This document shows, one piece after another, positions 38,739 through 48,693 of a stretch of DNA of 54,479 nt. The translations under genes were made by a program, and so were the position numbers. Below the pieces are notes generated by a model. That model was given only the letters and a program-made list of their open reading frames with translations, was not told the DNA's origin and did not search any database. How positions within the stretch are numbered: position 1 is the stretch's first letter; each line of letters begins with the position of its first letter. Origin of the DNA: a virus (lineage: Duplodnaviria; Caudoviricetes); IMG/VR virus record IMGVR_UViG_3300027782_000111, positions 1 to 54,479 of that record. One strand, written 5' to 3'.

Positions 38739-38768
38739 AAAAAAGGACCTGTGTTTTAAGCAGGTCCC
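38739..38768 (-). terminator. intrinsic terminator after the major capsid gene
   Basis: GGACCTG-cttaaaaca-CAGGTCC then TTTTTT on the minus strand, ~25 nt after the capsid stop. Confidence 0.85.
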
Positions 38769-38792
38769 TTAGTAGTACGTAGCCAGTTGCTA

Positions 38793-39707
38793 TTAAGCGC
38801 CTGGTGAACCCCACATACCGAGAGGATCTGACCAACCAAATGAATAACGCTCACGAGCCTTGTAACGAACGTTACCAGTATCAAAGTCACCATCCATAGA
38901 AGTAGATAACGGAGTACGCACAAAGTGTTTCATGCCGTTAGGTACATCAGTTGTTAAGAAGTAAGCATCAGGATCTGTTAAGAAGTGGTTAATTGCGTAA
39001 CCTTCTGGAATTGAACCATTATTCTTAATAGCATTGATGTCATTGTCAGCTGTAGAAACACGAAGTTCAGTTTCGAGCAAGCGAGTTGCAACGAATTGAT
39101 TACCTGGTGGAACTACTAACTTACGTGGTTGAGCAGCAATTAATAGGCCGCGCTCATCTGTCCATGCAGCGATTTGAATAACAGCGTTTTCTAGTGCTGT
39201 TTCGTTCAAGTCAGTTGCTGTAGATTGAGTGTTGCTGTTAGTGCCACCTGAAACAAGAGGATGAGCTGTGTTAAATAATGAAACACCATCACCACCGTTG
39301 TAAGAACCAGAAGTGTTGAAGCCATTATTAAGAACTGCAGCAGCCTTAACTTGTTTTGTGTATGCCATAGCGCGAGCTAAAGCCTTTGTGTAACGTGCTG
39401 ATAATGTATCATACAAGTTATCTTCTACAGCTTCTTCAGTTAAGCTGAAGCCAAGAGCGATAGTTTGATGATTGTATCGAGCTGTCCAAGCTTCTTGAGC
39501 ATTGTCATAAGCGATGGCTGTGCCTTCGTTTTTAACTGGTGCTGCTGAGAAACCTGAAAGTTTTGTTTCTTCTTCGAATGAACGTTCTGAAGTTTCTGTT
39601 TCATATACTTCTTTATGTTCTTCGCCGTAACGTTTATATTCTAAACCAAATAGCGCGTTTAGTCCTGGTAAGAGCTCTTTTAGGAGCTGTGCACGTGAAA
39701 TAGCCAT
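38793..39707 (-). CDS. major capsid protein
   Basis: MAISRAQLLKELLPGLNALFGLEY...SERSFEEE...DGDFDTGNVRYKARERYSFG.SDP, a well-known podovirus MCP signature; strong RBS; followed by a terminator. Confidence 0.9.
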   Translation of the reverse strand: MAISRAQLLKELLPGLNALFGLEYKRYGEEHKEVYETETSERSFEEETKLSGFSAAPVKNEGTAIAYDNAQEAWTARYNHQTIALGFSLTEEAVEDNLYDTLSARYTKALARAMAYTKQVKAAAVLNNGFNTSGSYNGGDGVSLFNTAHPLVSGGTNSNTQSTATDLNETALENAVIQIAAWTDERGLLIAAQPRKLVVPPGNQFVATRLLETELRVSTADNDINAIKNNGSIPEGYAINHFLTDPDAYFLTTDVPNGMKHFVRTPLSTSMDGDFDTGNVRYKARERYSFGWSDPLGMWGSPGA

Positions 39708-39722
39708 GTTTTATTCTCCTAG

Positions 39723-40346
39723 TTAAGCTGTGTAAGCTACGCCGGTAAGGGCAGTAAGCTGTGGGTTATTGACTTTAACAATTACTTCTGGGTAAAGTAC
39801 TGTAGAACCTGACAAATAAGCTGTGTCTGGAACTACTGCAACTACTCTCCATGGTAATGTTGTAGCAGCACCAGCGGTATCTGCAGGTTTAACAATAGAC
39901 GCTTGTGAATTACCTGTTGTTGTAGAACCTGTACCGTTTTGGATTTCAGCTACGTTAGTACCAACGATAGTTGCGTTTGCACCTGTTACTACTGTAGGAG
40001 CACCTGAAGTTGTTACTGCTACTTTAAACTCAGCTGTAGGATCAACAACTACGTAAGCAACAGCGTTAGTAACGCTAGTACCTGGGTAGTATTGAGCTTG
40101 AACTGTTTGGCCTGATGAATTAACGTATTGAACACCCATAAAAACACCAATAATAGTGCCTGTAGTTGTTGCGCCTGATAATTCAATTGTGCCGCCCGCT
40201 ACGATTTTGACCGAAGCACCGTTATAGATTGCAGTATTGTATGTTGACGCGATTGGGTACTGTAAAGTAGCGCCCGCGTATGGAATACCGTCATAACGAT
40301 TAAGTGGTTCAAAACCGTAGGGAGTATCAATGGTTGGATAAGCCAT
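39723..40346 (-). CDS. capsid-associated (decoration/cement) protein
   Basis: PYGFEP...IYNG..V...GVFMGVQY; lies between scaffold and MCP. Confidence 0.6.
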   Translation of the reverse strand: MAYPTIDTPYGFEPLNRYDGIPYAGATLQYPIASTYNTAIYNGASVKIVAGGTIELSGATTTGTIIGVFMGVQYVNSSGQTVQAQYYPGTSVTNAVAYVVVDPTAEFKVAVTTSGAPTVVTGANATIVGTNVAEIQNGTGSTTTGNSQASIVKPADTAGAATTLPWRVVAVVPDTAYLSGSTVLYPEVIVKVNNPQLTALTGVAYTA

Positions 40347-40370
40347 ATTAAATCTCCTTAAATGTTTATA

Positions 40371-40820
40371 TTATTTACCTTTACCGAATGAAGTCGTAGA
40401 CTTTGACTCTGCAAAGAGTGGCATACGAGGATCATTCTGTTTCATAAAGCTGTTGTCAACTGCATCGGCTTGCTGTTTTGCTTGTTGAGCATAGTGAGCC
40501 TTACGTTGTGCAACAAACTCTTCTGGGATCTTGCAAAGTAATAATCCACCAATTTCAACGCCGTCTTTGAAACGGGAATTTTGGTCGACCATTAACTTCA
40601 TTTCAGGGTGGTCCGCTAATTTAACGGGTTCCCATCCTTCACGCATTTTGGAAGATACATTTAGATTATCAGCCTCGTTCATAACACTAGTGCGAATCCA
40701 TCGATAAGCCCAACCAGGTACCTTTTTAAATTCTGGTAATAATGATGCAGGTTGCCAGCTATCAGGTCTTTGAAAATCATCTCTAGTATCTTGTTCACGA
40801 TCTATTCTTTTATTATCCAT
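40371..40820 (-). CDS. conserved head-module protein
   Basis: W.PASLL...GWAYRWIR...REGWEPV...IGGLLLCKIP..; start ATG 40820 (8-bp overlap, GGAG RBS). Confidence 0.7.
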   Translation of the reverse strand: MDNKRIDREQDTRDDFQRPDSWQPASLLPEFKKVPGWAYRWIRTSVMNEADNLNVSSKMREGWEPVKLADHPEMKLMVDQNSRFKDGVEIGGLLLCKIPEEFVAQRKAHYAQQAKQQADAVDNSFMKQNDPRMPLFAESKSTTSFGKGK

Positions 40821-41856
40821 TTGCATTCTCCAATTTTAAAGTTTCTCTTGCATATTGTTCCGGTGTTAGACCAAATTTCTTGGCTAACGCTACTTGTGTC
40901 TTCGTCAGACGCACTTTTTTTGGCGCGGTGCTACGCGTTGCCGGAGCAACTACATTCGAAGGTTTTGTGCGCTGGGCGGGTTGGTCCTCGTCTAGCGTTG
41001 CATCCCCAAACATTTCTGGGAATCGTTTTTGCATCGTACTATCAATACGACGATAATAATCGTCAGATGCGGGATCTATGCCGCTTCTAACTAATTTTTC
41101 ATGTAAGCCTAATGCTAAGCTTGTCATTTCCTCGTCTTTACCAAACCAATCATTTTTAGATTGCCATGCAACGGCTTTACTGTCTGGTTTAAACGCAGGG
41201 GTTTCGTTTTGTTGTATATATACATCTTTTTCATCGTTTTGTAAAGCAGTTTTAAATCTGGGTTGATATGATTGAGCTTGAGATAAACGATACTGAGCAT
41301 CATTCATCTGTTGTTGAGCTTCAATAATCTTTTCAGTATCACCAGAATCATAAGCTTCACGATAATCTCGTTTAGCTAAATTTAACTGATTTTCTAAACC
41401 ACTTTTAAGCGTTTCAAGGTATGTTTCTTCACCAGAGCTTAAAGAAGATTTTAACTTCTTATTTTCATCAGCAATTTGTTTTGCATAATTAATAGCTTCT
41501 TGGCGTTCTCGGTCTGCAGATTCTTTAGCACGTCTTTCGTCGTGATAAACTTTTCTAAGCTGAGCCATGCGAGTTTTAACTCTATCAGAATAATCTTCTA
41601 AATTATCCTTTTCTAATTCTTCTACTACTTCTTTAGGTAAGGGTTCTTTACCTCTATCAGCAGCTGGAACATCATCGTCTGTAATTTCAAGATCAATGTC
41701 ATCTGCGTTTGTTTCTACTTTAACTTCATTTTTTTCAGCTTTATTAGAAACTTTTGTTTCTAAACTAACTTCTTTTTCATCAGGTAACTTATTACCTGAA
41801 ATATCATCATCATCTGGATATTCAAAGACAATGCCGTCTTTTGTTTCAGTAACCAT
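40813..41856 (-). CDS. scaffolding protein
   Basis: Acidic N-terminus, long coiled coil, C-terminal VRLTKTQVALAKKFGLTPEQYA; lies between portal and capsid. Confidence 0.7.
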   Translation of the reverse strand: MVTETKDGIVFEYPDDDDISGNKLPDEKEVSLETKVSNKAEKNEVKVETNADDIDLEITDDDVPAADRGKEPLPKEVVEELEKDNLEDYSDRVKTRMAQLRKVYHDERRAKESADRERQEAINYAKQIADENKKLKSSLSSGEETYLETLKSGLENQLNLAKRDYREAYDSGDTEKIIEAQQQMNDAQYRLSQAQSYQPRFKTALQNDEKDVYIQQNETPAFKPDSKAVAWQSKNDWFGKDEEMTSLALGLHEKLVRSGIDPASDDYYRRIDSTMQKRFPEMFGDATLDEDQPAQRTKPSNVVAPATRSTAPKKVRLTKTQVALAKKFGLTPEQYARETLKLENANG

Positions 41857-41866
41857 TTAATTCTCC

Positions 41867-42313
41867 TTATGCGCGAGTATAGCCGCGAGGATCTTCTACA
41901 ACCCCCTCAACTGTATCGTCGTTAATAATGCGGAATTCTCTTCCGTGGATTTTAAATCTAGTACCTGCGTATGCACGTGTTAGAACAAAATCACCTTCTT
42001 TACACCATGGACCTGTAGGAAATCTAGCTTCGTCTTTATAAGCTAAGTCACCTACTTTTACTACAAATAAAACTACAGTTGCATGTTCTTCTATAGTTCT
42101 AGTTGAATCTGCTTTTACAATACCGCCTTGATATGTTTCTGAAGCATCGGGAATTGCACAAAGTATCTTGTATCCTTTTGGCTCAGGTAACTGTAAACCA
42201 CGTTCTTCAATTGGTATATCTTCTGCATCTACATCTTCAATCTTTGGAACAATAATTGGTCGACCATTTGCATCTACCAAATTTTTATTCATTGTGAGTA
42301 TTTGATCACTCAT
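41867..42313 (-). CDS. groES: co-chaperonin GroES-like protein
   Basis: LPEPKGYKIL...GGI...VVKVG..AY...GPWCKEGDFV....YAG......GREFRIINDD; start ATG 42313. Confidence 0.8.
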   Translation of the reverse strand: MSDQILTMNKNLVDANGRPIIVPKIEDVDAEDIPIEERGLQLPEPKGYKILCAIPDASETYQGGIVKADSTRTIEEHATVVLFVVKVGDLAYKDEARFPTGPWCKEGDFVLTRAYAGTRFKIHGREFRIINDDTVEGVVEDPRGYTRA

Positions 42314-42500
42314 CGTCGTATGTCTCCAATCTTTGTGCAAGGTCTTTGATCAAACTTTCAGCAACGGATAGACCTCGAATATATCCTGCCATATTTTGAT
42401 ACGAAGCAAAATCTTTTGCTGCTCCGTCTCCTAAATTATTTAAAACTGTTTTGCGCTGATTCTCTATTTGAGACAATAATAGTTCTAGCGTTTGGTCCAT
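42306..42500 (-). CDS. small conserved head-module protein
   Basis: G.AKDFASY....GYIRGL pattern, directly after the portal; GAGGAG RBS. Confidence 0.65.
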   Translation of the reverse strand: MDQTLELLLSQIENQRKTVLNNLGDGAAKDFASYQNMAGYIRGLSVAESLIKDLAQRLETYDDE

Positions 42501-42504
42501 TTAG

Positions 42505-45036
42505 TTACTCCTCTGTTGGTTGGGGTGTTTCCTCTTGTTGTGGTTGTTGCATCATTTGTTGCATCATTTGCATTTCTTTATTCATACTATGGTCTTTATC
42601 TTTCATGTCGCTAGTATGATCTTGTGAGCTTTCAGTTTTTAATAAATCTAAACCTAACTCAACACCACGAGCATGTTGTGTAGCTTCTATTTGTTGTTGA
42701 TCAAGCATAGCTTTTTGACCTAGTTTAGCACCTTCAATTCTTTCTTGAGAGTCAATCTTTTCTTTATCAAGAATTAATCGTGCTTTATCTAATTCAATAT
42801 CGGCTTGAGTTTTTTGTGCTTTAATTTGAACTTCTTGTTGTTTAATTTGAAGTTCTTGTTGTTGCATTTGAATTAACGGATCTTGAGCTTGTTGTTGCGC
42901 TTGTTGTTGAGCCACTTCTTTTTGGTTCAATTGCAATAATTGTTCCGCAGCTTGAGCAGTCAATTTAGATAACTCTACTTCTACTGATTGTGGAAGTTCA
43001 TCATCAGGTGTTGGTAATGATGCACCTAATTGTTTTTCAATTTGTTGTCTATATGCAAACGCTACGTGTTCATTAATGTGAGCCATAGCTGCCGCTTGTA
43101 ATTGTTGAGCCATCGGGTTTTGACCTATTAACTGAGCAATCTTCGGATCTTGAATAGCGGACATATGTACTTTAATATGTGCTTCATGGTCTTGGTATAA
43201 GAACGCTTTAACTGGTTTACCATTAAGTATAGCCATATTTTCTGATACCGGATCTTTAGGCTTTTGATCATCCGCTGTAGGTATGAGTTTACCAATGTTC
43301 TTAACCCCTAATACTTCAAGCATCTGTTTATTAAGTTCTGGTAAATCATAAATTTGTGGATTTTGTTGTGCCATTTGCATAACTGCTTGATACTGCACAA
43401 CTTTTTGAGACATTGTAGCTGCGTTAGGATCTGATACAGGTATAACATCACAGCAATCATAATCAGATTGTTTAGCACGTCTATCACCTACTTCTGGTTC
43501 ATATGAATATTCTTCAGGTGTGTAATCTTTAATGATGCCAGCTAATAACTTAAATTCTTGTTTCATCGCATAGTAAATACGCGCTTGAACTGCTGACATT
43601 ACTTTTAATGTACGTTCTAGAATTGCTAATGTTGTACCTACGGGTGAGTTAGCACTCATATCAGATACTTTCATATCTGCAGCTGATGCAAATCTTCTAC
43701 CTTCTTCAACAATCTGATTCATTAACTGATTAAGAACTTGTGAAGGTTCTTTATACGGCAACGGTAAGATGTTATCGCGGATGGCACCTGATGGTACATC
43801 TACGTCTCTCCATTCACCTGGAGCAATCGGTGTATCATCACCTTTGATACGAAGTCCTCTTGACTTCATACCGCCTGGTAAGTTCGATAGAGTACCTGCG
43901 TCTACAAGTTGACGTAAGATCATAGTACCTGATTTTGCGAAAGCACCTATCAAATGAATTAAGCCAAAGCAATAAAAGCCAAAGCCTGGAATGTATCCAT
44001 AATGTACGAAATGTTGTCGTTTAGTTTTTAATTTATCATCTGGCTGCCAGTTACGACGAATAGCTAAAATATCTCCTGTACCTTGTTCAATCGTTACAAC
44101 GTAAGGTAGTGCTATACCATCTTCATCATCACCATTTTCTAAATCTAAGTTGACATGCATTTCTAAGATTTTAAATCTGTCATCTTCTGATGAGTTGAAT
44201 CCCATCTTCTCTGCAATTTTCTTTTCAGCTTCGTCCGCTTCGTGAGATGGTTCACCTAAATCTATATCTCTATAGAACTCAGCTACTTGTAATTTACGAA
44301 TCTCATTTTTAGTTTTACGCATGACGTGTGTTACACGTTCAGCTGTTTCTAAGTTTGATGCACCATAAGGCACAACAATATCTTCAGCCGTAACATACAT
44401 GGATACTTGACGATCAAGGGAAGGATCAAAGTAAACTTTCTTGAACGCGTTACCAGCTAACCCTAGTCCCCATAACATTCTTTCATGTTCTGGACGATAC
44501 TCGGGCATCTTCTCTGTTAACTGATAGTTCATATCTTCTTTAACACGAAGAGCTGCATCTACTTTTTCTGGAGTTTGTTTACCTATGATTTGTGTTTTGA
44601 CTGGACCTGCAGCTGGGAAAGTTTCCATCATTGTTTCTGCTTGGAACTTAACAAGTGCTTCAGTCATAAGCGGATGGTACACATTACATGCACCTGGCCA
44701 TGGTTCTGTTCTATCTTCTACTTTAAGACCTAATAACTCTAGACCTTCAACATATGTATTTAACCAATCTTTTCTAGACTCAATGTCAGTTCTATACTCA
44801 CCCATCAAATCGCCAGACAATTCAGTTAATTGTTTCTCATCCATGTCCTCTGCTAAGTTAGCATTAAATTCTTCATTTTCTTTTTTATCTTTGCCTGGCA
44901 CAATGGTAATCTCCATGCTGCCATCATCTAATGTAACTGAATCTGGATTTTCAATCTCAATACTCATATCGGCTTGAGCTTTTGCTAAATCTTCAATACC
45001 TTGAGGCGTTTGACTTACACTTTTATCTATTGCCAT
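42505..45036 (-). CDS. portal protein
   Basis: 843 aa after TerL; PWPGACNVYHP, GNAFKKVY, PGFGFY..GLIH, QLVDAGTLSNLPGG, Gln-rich coiled-coil barrel (P22-like portal). Confidence 0.88.
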   Translation of the reverse strand: MAIDKSVSQTPQGIEDLAKAQADMSIEIENPDSVTLDDGSMEITIVPGKDKKENEEFNANLAEDMDEKQLTELSGDLMGEYRTDIESRKDWLNTYVEGLELLGLKVEDRTEPWPGACNVYHPLMTEALVKFQAETMMETFPAAGPVKTQIIGKQTPEKVDAALRVKEDMNYQLTEKMPEYRPEHERMLWGLGLAGNAFKKVYFDPSLDRQVSMYVTAEDIVVPYGASNLETAERVTHVMRKTKNEIRKLQVAEFYRDIDLGEPSHEADEAEKKIAEKMGFNSSEDDRFKILEMHVNLDLENGDDEDGIALPYVVTIEQGTGDILAIRRNWQPDDKLKTKRQHFVHYGYIPGFGFYCFGLIHLIGAFAKSGTMILRQLVDAGTLSNLPGGMKSRGLRIKGDDTPIAPGEWRDVDVPSGAIRDNILPLPYKEPSQVLNQLMNQIVEEGRRFASAADMKVSDMSANSPVGTTLAILERTLKVMSAVQARIYYAMKQEFKLLAGIIKDYTPEEYSYEPEVGDRRAKQSDYDCCDVIPVSDPNAATMSQKVVQYQAVMQMAQQNPQIYDLPELNKQMLEVLGVKNIGKLIPTADDQKPKDPVSENMAILNGKPVKAFLYQDHEAHIKVHMSAIQDPKIAQLIGQNPMAQQLQAAAMAHINEHVAFAYRQQIEKQLGASLPTPDDELPQSVEVELSKLTAQAAEQLLQLNQKEVAQQQAQQQAQDPLIQMQQQELQIKQQEVQIKAQKTQADIELDKARLILDKEKIDSQERIEGAKLGQKAMLDQQQIEATQHARGVELGLDLLKTESSQDHTSDMKDKDHSMNKEMQMMQQMMQQPQQEETPQPTEE

Positions 45037-45045
45037 AATTTATCC

Positions 45046-46587
45046 TTAAACTAAATACAACTTATTCCTAGAACTTCTAAAGCCTGGTATATCTTCAGGT
45101 TCATCATTAGGTAATCTAATGAACCCACCTTGTCTAAATCTCATTAACGCCATAGTGGTACTATCCACTTGGTCATCGTTAGCACCTGATGGGAAGTCAT
45201 TACACTCCTCAATCAGTTCGTGTGCCCAACGTTTATCTGGAGCCCACACTATACCAGATCTGAATAGATCTGCCACGGAGTTAACGCGGCTAATCTTATC
45301 TTGACCTTTTCCAGGTGTAAATTCCCCTAGCGGAATACCCATCCTCCTCATTTCCTGATATAGAGCGGCTCCGTTAGATTTCTTTTCTACTATGAGTGCG
45401 TCGGGTTCCCATTCTTTGTACTCACGAAGTACTAACTCTTTTAACTCAGGGAACTCTAGTCTTTCCTTAATAGCATTTAATAGTATTATATTATAATTAT
45501 TGGTCTCTTCGTTAAAAAAGACACCCCACGTAGTTAACGAATTATAATCGGCTCTCGTATTGGCTTCTTGTGCAGCATCAAGAGACATAATCGTAAACTC
45601 ACAACTTGGTGGCACTTCGTTATCCCATATCTTCCACCACTCACGTTTTATGAGTGCACCTTCTTCTGAGACTGGGTTCTGTAAGTATTGAGCATTCCAG
45701 TACCGAACATCTAGTGCTGCTTTCTTTGCCTGTAATTCTTCAAGTGGCCAAAACTCAGGCCAAAGACTTTCTTCTTCGCCTGCTTTGTTTTCAATAATCG
45801 CTGGAAATTCAACAACTTCCCAATCGTCAACCCCGTCTTGCTTTATCATTTGGTTAACTATTTGGCCGGTCAAGTCTAGCTTAGACCACCTAGTCATTAC
45901 TACAATGATCGCACCGCCAGGCATAAGACGTTGTATTGGACCAGACTGAAACCACTCCCAAGCAGGCAGAAAAACATCCGCTCGTCCCAATTTGGCGTCT
46001 TGCTCGGAGTGTGGATCATCAATGATAAACAAATCAGCCCCGCGACCAGCGAGGGCACCGCCAACACCAATAGCAAAATATTCTCCATTATGATTAGTTC
46101 CCCATCTACTTGCAGACTTACTATCTGCTTGTAGTTCTACATCAGGGAATACGTCTTTATAAGCATCGCTACCAACCAAGTTACGAACACGACGACCAAA
46201 GTTAACAGCAAGGTCAGCGGTATGAGACGCCATAATAATTTTTTTATGAGGATACTTTCCCAAAAACCAAGCAGGTGCGAGATATGAGATAAGCTCAGAC
46301 TTCCCGTGTCGTGGCGCAATATTAACAATAACTCTTTTCTTTTCGCCGTTGGCAATAGCCTCAAATATTTTTGCAAGTCTTCTATGATGATTCCCTACTT
46401 TATATCCTGGATACACATGATCAATAAATTCTAAAAATGTTCCCTGTCTTTTTTCAATAGCTTGAGTTTTTTCTAACTCATTTAACTCGGCAAGTAACTG
46501 TTGTTGTTCATGCGGAGGTAAAACACCTATATTAGCTAACGCTGTATCTAAATCAGCATCAGTGATGCCTGCTATATCTATGGGCAT
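45046..46587 (-). CDS. terL: terminase large subunit
   Basis: Walker A NIAPRHGKS, GRGADLFIIDDP (Walker B), VMTRW, nuclease motifs SLD, VEKK.NG, FP.G.NDD.VDS. Confidence 0.95.
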   Translation of the reverse strand: MPIDIAGITDADLDTALANIGVLPPHEQQQLLAELNELEKTQAIEKRQGTFLEFIDHVYPGYKVGNHHRRLAKIFEAIANGEKKRVIVNIAPRHGKSELISYLAPAWFLGKYPHKKIIMASHTADLAVNFGRRVRNLVGSDAYKDVFPDVELQADSKSASRWGTNHNGEYFAIGVGGALAGRGADLFIIDDPHSEQDAKLGRADVFLPAWEWFQSGPIQRLMPGGAIIVVMTRWSKLDLTGQIVNQMIKQDGVDDWEVVEFPAIIENKAGEEESLWPEFWPLEELQAKKAALDVRYWNAQYLQNPVSEEGALIKREWWKIWDNEVPPSCEFTIMSLDAAQEANTRADYNSLTTWGVFFNEETNNYNIILLNAIKERLEFPELKELVLREYKEWEPDALIVEKKSNGAALYQEMRRMGIPLGEFTPGKGQDKISRVNSVADLFRSGIVWAPDKRWAHELIEECNDFPSGANDDQVDSTTMALMRFRQGGFIRLPNDEPEDIPGFRSSRNKLYLV

Positions 46588-46588
46588 A

Positions 46589-47173
46589 TTATTCTTTTGA
46601 TTCTGTTACATTAACTGCATCGATAATTTCAAATGATGTATCGATAGCTGCTGTCTTACCAAGAATTTTAAATAGTTTATTTTTAATTTGTGCTTGTAAA
46701 TCTTCTTGGCTTAAATTCTTAACTGTAATTTCTGTTTTTTCAGAGAACAAACCTACATCACTTATCTTACCTAATAGTTCTAAGGCTTTTAATCTGTGTC
46801 TTGGATCTGATAATCCTGCATCTTCTATAAGTTTATTTGTAACAAACCGTCTCAACTGGACGGCTTCTTGTACAACTTGATGATCATAGTCCGACAACAT
46901 CATAAATAGATGCTGAACTGTAGCCGGAGTGTTTAATGCTTTATTAACTGATGCATTTAATGTGTTTTTACCTTCAGGATCTGTGTATTGTTTGAATATA
47001 TCAGCAGCTTCTTGCTTTTCTTGTGAGGAAACAGGGATTTCTGCTCCGCCTTCTACTAAAACCTTAGCAGTTGCGGTTACAACCTTAACTTTTCCATCTA
47101 AAGTTGTAGGTTCTTCTGCCTCAAAGTCATCAGGCAGGGGTTTATTGGTGTCTGGTATGATTTTTAATGCCAT
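46589..47173 (-). CDS. putative terminase small subunit
   Basis: Immediately upstream of terL; RLKALELLGK.SDVGLF motif; likely start ATG 47173. Confidence 0.6.
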   Translation of the reverse strand: MALKIIPDTNKPLPDDFEAEEPTTLDGKVKVVTATAKVLVEGGAEIPVSSQEKQEAADIFKQYTDPEGKNTLNASVNKALNTPATVQHLFMMLSDYDHQVVQEAVQLRRFVTNKLIEDAGLSDPRHRLKALELLGKISDVGLFSEKTEITVKNLSQEDLQAQIKNKLFKILGKTAAIDTSFEIIDAVNVTESKE

Positions 47174-47275
47174 AAAATGTCGCTGTTTACATCCTAGAAA
47201 TTTATTTGCAGCTATTGCGGCCAATATATATGAATTTGTTATATTAATCAAGCATATTTTTAGTATAATGAACCT

Positions 47276-47410
47276 ATGAAAGACCTCTTTACTTTAACAA
47301 TTGCTGGACTAACTCTATGGTGGATAACCTCATGGGTCGATTCTGCATATGCTGATGTTGCTTTTGCTAATAATACAGCATGGTTTTATGTAACTCTGTT
47401 TTCATTTTGA
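47276..47410 (+). CDS. small membrane/secreted peptide (44 aa)
   Basis: MKDLFTLTIAGLTLWWITSWVDSAYADVAFANNTAWFYVTLFSF; TATAAT at 47264-47269 just upstream; TTGA overlap with the next ORF. Confidence 0.4.
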   Translation: MKDLFTLTIAGLTLWWITSWVDSAYADVAFANNTAWFYVTLFSF

Positions 47411-47754
47411 AACGTTCTACTCTAACTCCTCAAAATCTAGCCATTCTTTATGATATGGCATGTAAACTCCCACCTTTTAATAAACTTAAGATGCCTAAAT
47501 CATATAGAGTTAAGTTTAAAGTTATACGAAACCCTGATATTTACGGTTGTTTTGATGAGCAAGAACTAGCAATTGAAATAAGTTCTAATGCCTGTGGTCA
47601 TTTCACCACTATATTCTCCACCCTTCTCCATGAAATGGTGCATTTAGCTCTTTATGTTAAAGGCGATGATGACTTTGATAAGCATGATGAGAAGTTCCAA
47701 AAGATAAAGCGTGTCTACGCTGAAGTCTACTCCCTAGATCCAAAAGCAATCTAA
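47380..47754 (+). CDS. SprT-like zinc metalloprotease
   Basis: TLLHEMVH...HDEKF (HExxH...H); real start may be TTG 47407. Confidence 0.7.
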   Translation: MVLCNSVFILKRSTLTPQNLAILYDMACKLPPFNKLKMPKSYRVKFKVIRNPDIYGCFDEQELAIEISSNACGHFTTIFSTLLHEMVHLALYVKGDDDFDKHDEKFQKIKRVYAEVYSLDPKAI

Positions 47755-47926
47755 CCCGTTTTTTTAAATTTTTTATAAAAATTTTTTGAGCTGCCTCTTT
47801 TTTAAGCAAGGGGGTGGGTTTCTATTTTTAAAAATTATCATATCGTTTATGCAAATCTCAATGCTAACGCGCGTGCGTGAACCTTATTATATATTGGGGT
47901 CATAGGGGTATAGTGGGTCAATAAAC

Positions 47927-47954
47927 TTGACATTGTCAGCTATTCGTGTATAAT
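47927..47954 (+). promoter_or_regulatory. sigma70-type early promoter
   Basis: TTGACA-16-TATAAT; the -35 lies in TTGACATTGTCAG. Confidence 0.75.
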
Positions 47955-48048
47955 GGGTGACATGGATTAGTAATTACTAATTCATGGCGACAAAGGAATA
48001 TTTTTATACCAATGTCGTTTTACTTAACTAACATGAGGATTAAACAAA

Positions 48049-48672
48049 ATGAAAAAGGAAAATCAAAAAGCAAGTAAAGTAATTAATGCCGTTGAATTAT
48101 CTACTAACCAAAAAGATAGTATTCACAATGCTGTTAATTATCAGTTAGAAGTTATTCAGATGGATAACCTATACAATAAAGACAGGGCATCATTAAAGAA
48201 GTTATTGCATGAAAATATTGCAATAGCTATGGGTGATGAACCTAGTTATATTGAATGGAATTATATCCATGATGTTTTTAGGGGTGAAGTATGCAAGGCA
48301 ACGGGCATGGAATTTGAAAGTTTTGATAAAAACATTTGGACTGATATTACTAAGAATTTGGAATTGGAATTTGAATTAGTGAAACCAAAAAGCCCTAATG
48401 TAAAATCAGAGCAAAAATCAGAGCAAAGGGCAAAAATTGACTCTATGACTGATGAGGAATTACGCTTAGCTGGTAAGATTGTGGAATTGGCAAAAAGAGA
48501 GGAAAAGCGTATTAAAAATGCCGATAAGTTAGAAGAGCAAAGCAAAAAAGATTTTACTAAAGAATTTAAAACTTCTATGGAAAATCTATCAAAAAGTGAG
48601 TATGCCTTTGCCCTTTGGATTGATAGCAATATCAATATGTTAAGAGAGCAATTTTTAGATTCACAAAGTTAA
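48049..48672 (+). CDS. hypothetical early protein
   Basis: 207 aa with GAGG RBS, its own promoter and terminator. Confidence 0.7.
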   Translation: MKKENQKASKVINAVELSTNQKDSIHNAVNYQLEVIQMDNLYNKDRASLKKLLHENIAIAMGDEPSYIEWNYIHDVFRGEVCKATGMEFESFDKNIWTDITKNLELEFELVKPKSPNVKSEQKSEQRAKIDSMTDEELRLAGKIVELAKREEKRIKNADKLEEQSKKDFTKEFKTSMENLSKSEYAFALWIDSNINMLREQFLDSQS

Positions 48673-48693
48673 AAAAGTTTTATAGCATTAATT

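Noticed and set aside
38417-38800. Complete pqq operon
   Set aside because: Only pqqA is present; I see no PqqB, C, D or E (radical SAM) ORF anywhere in the window.
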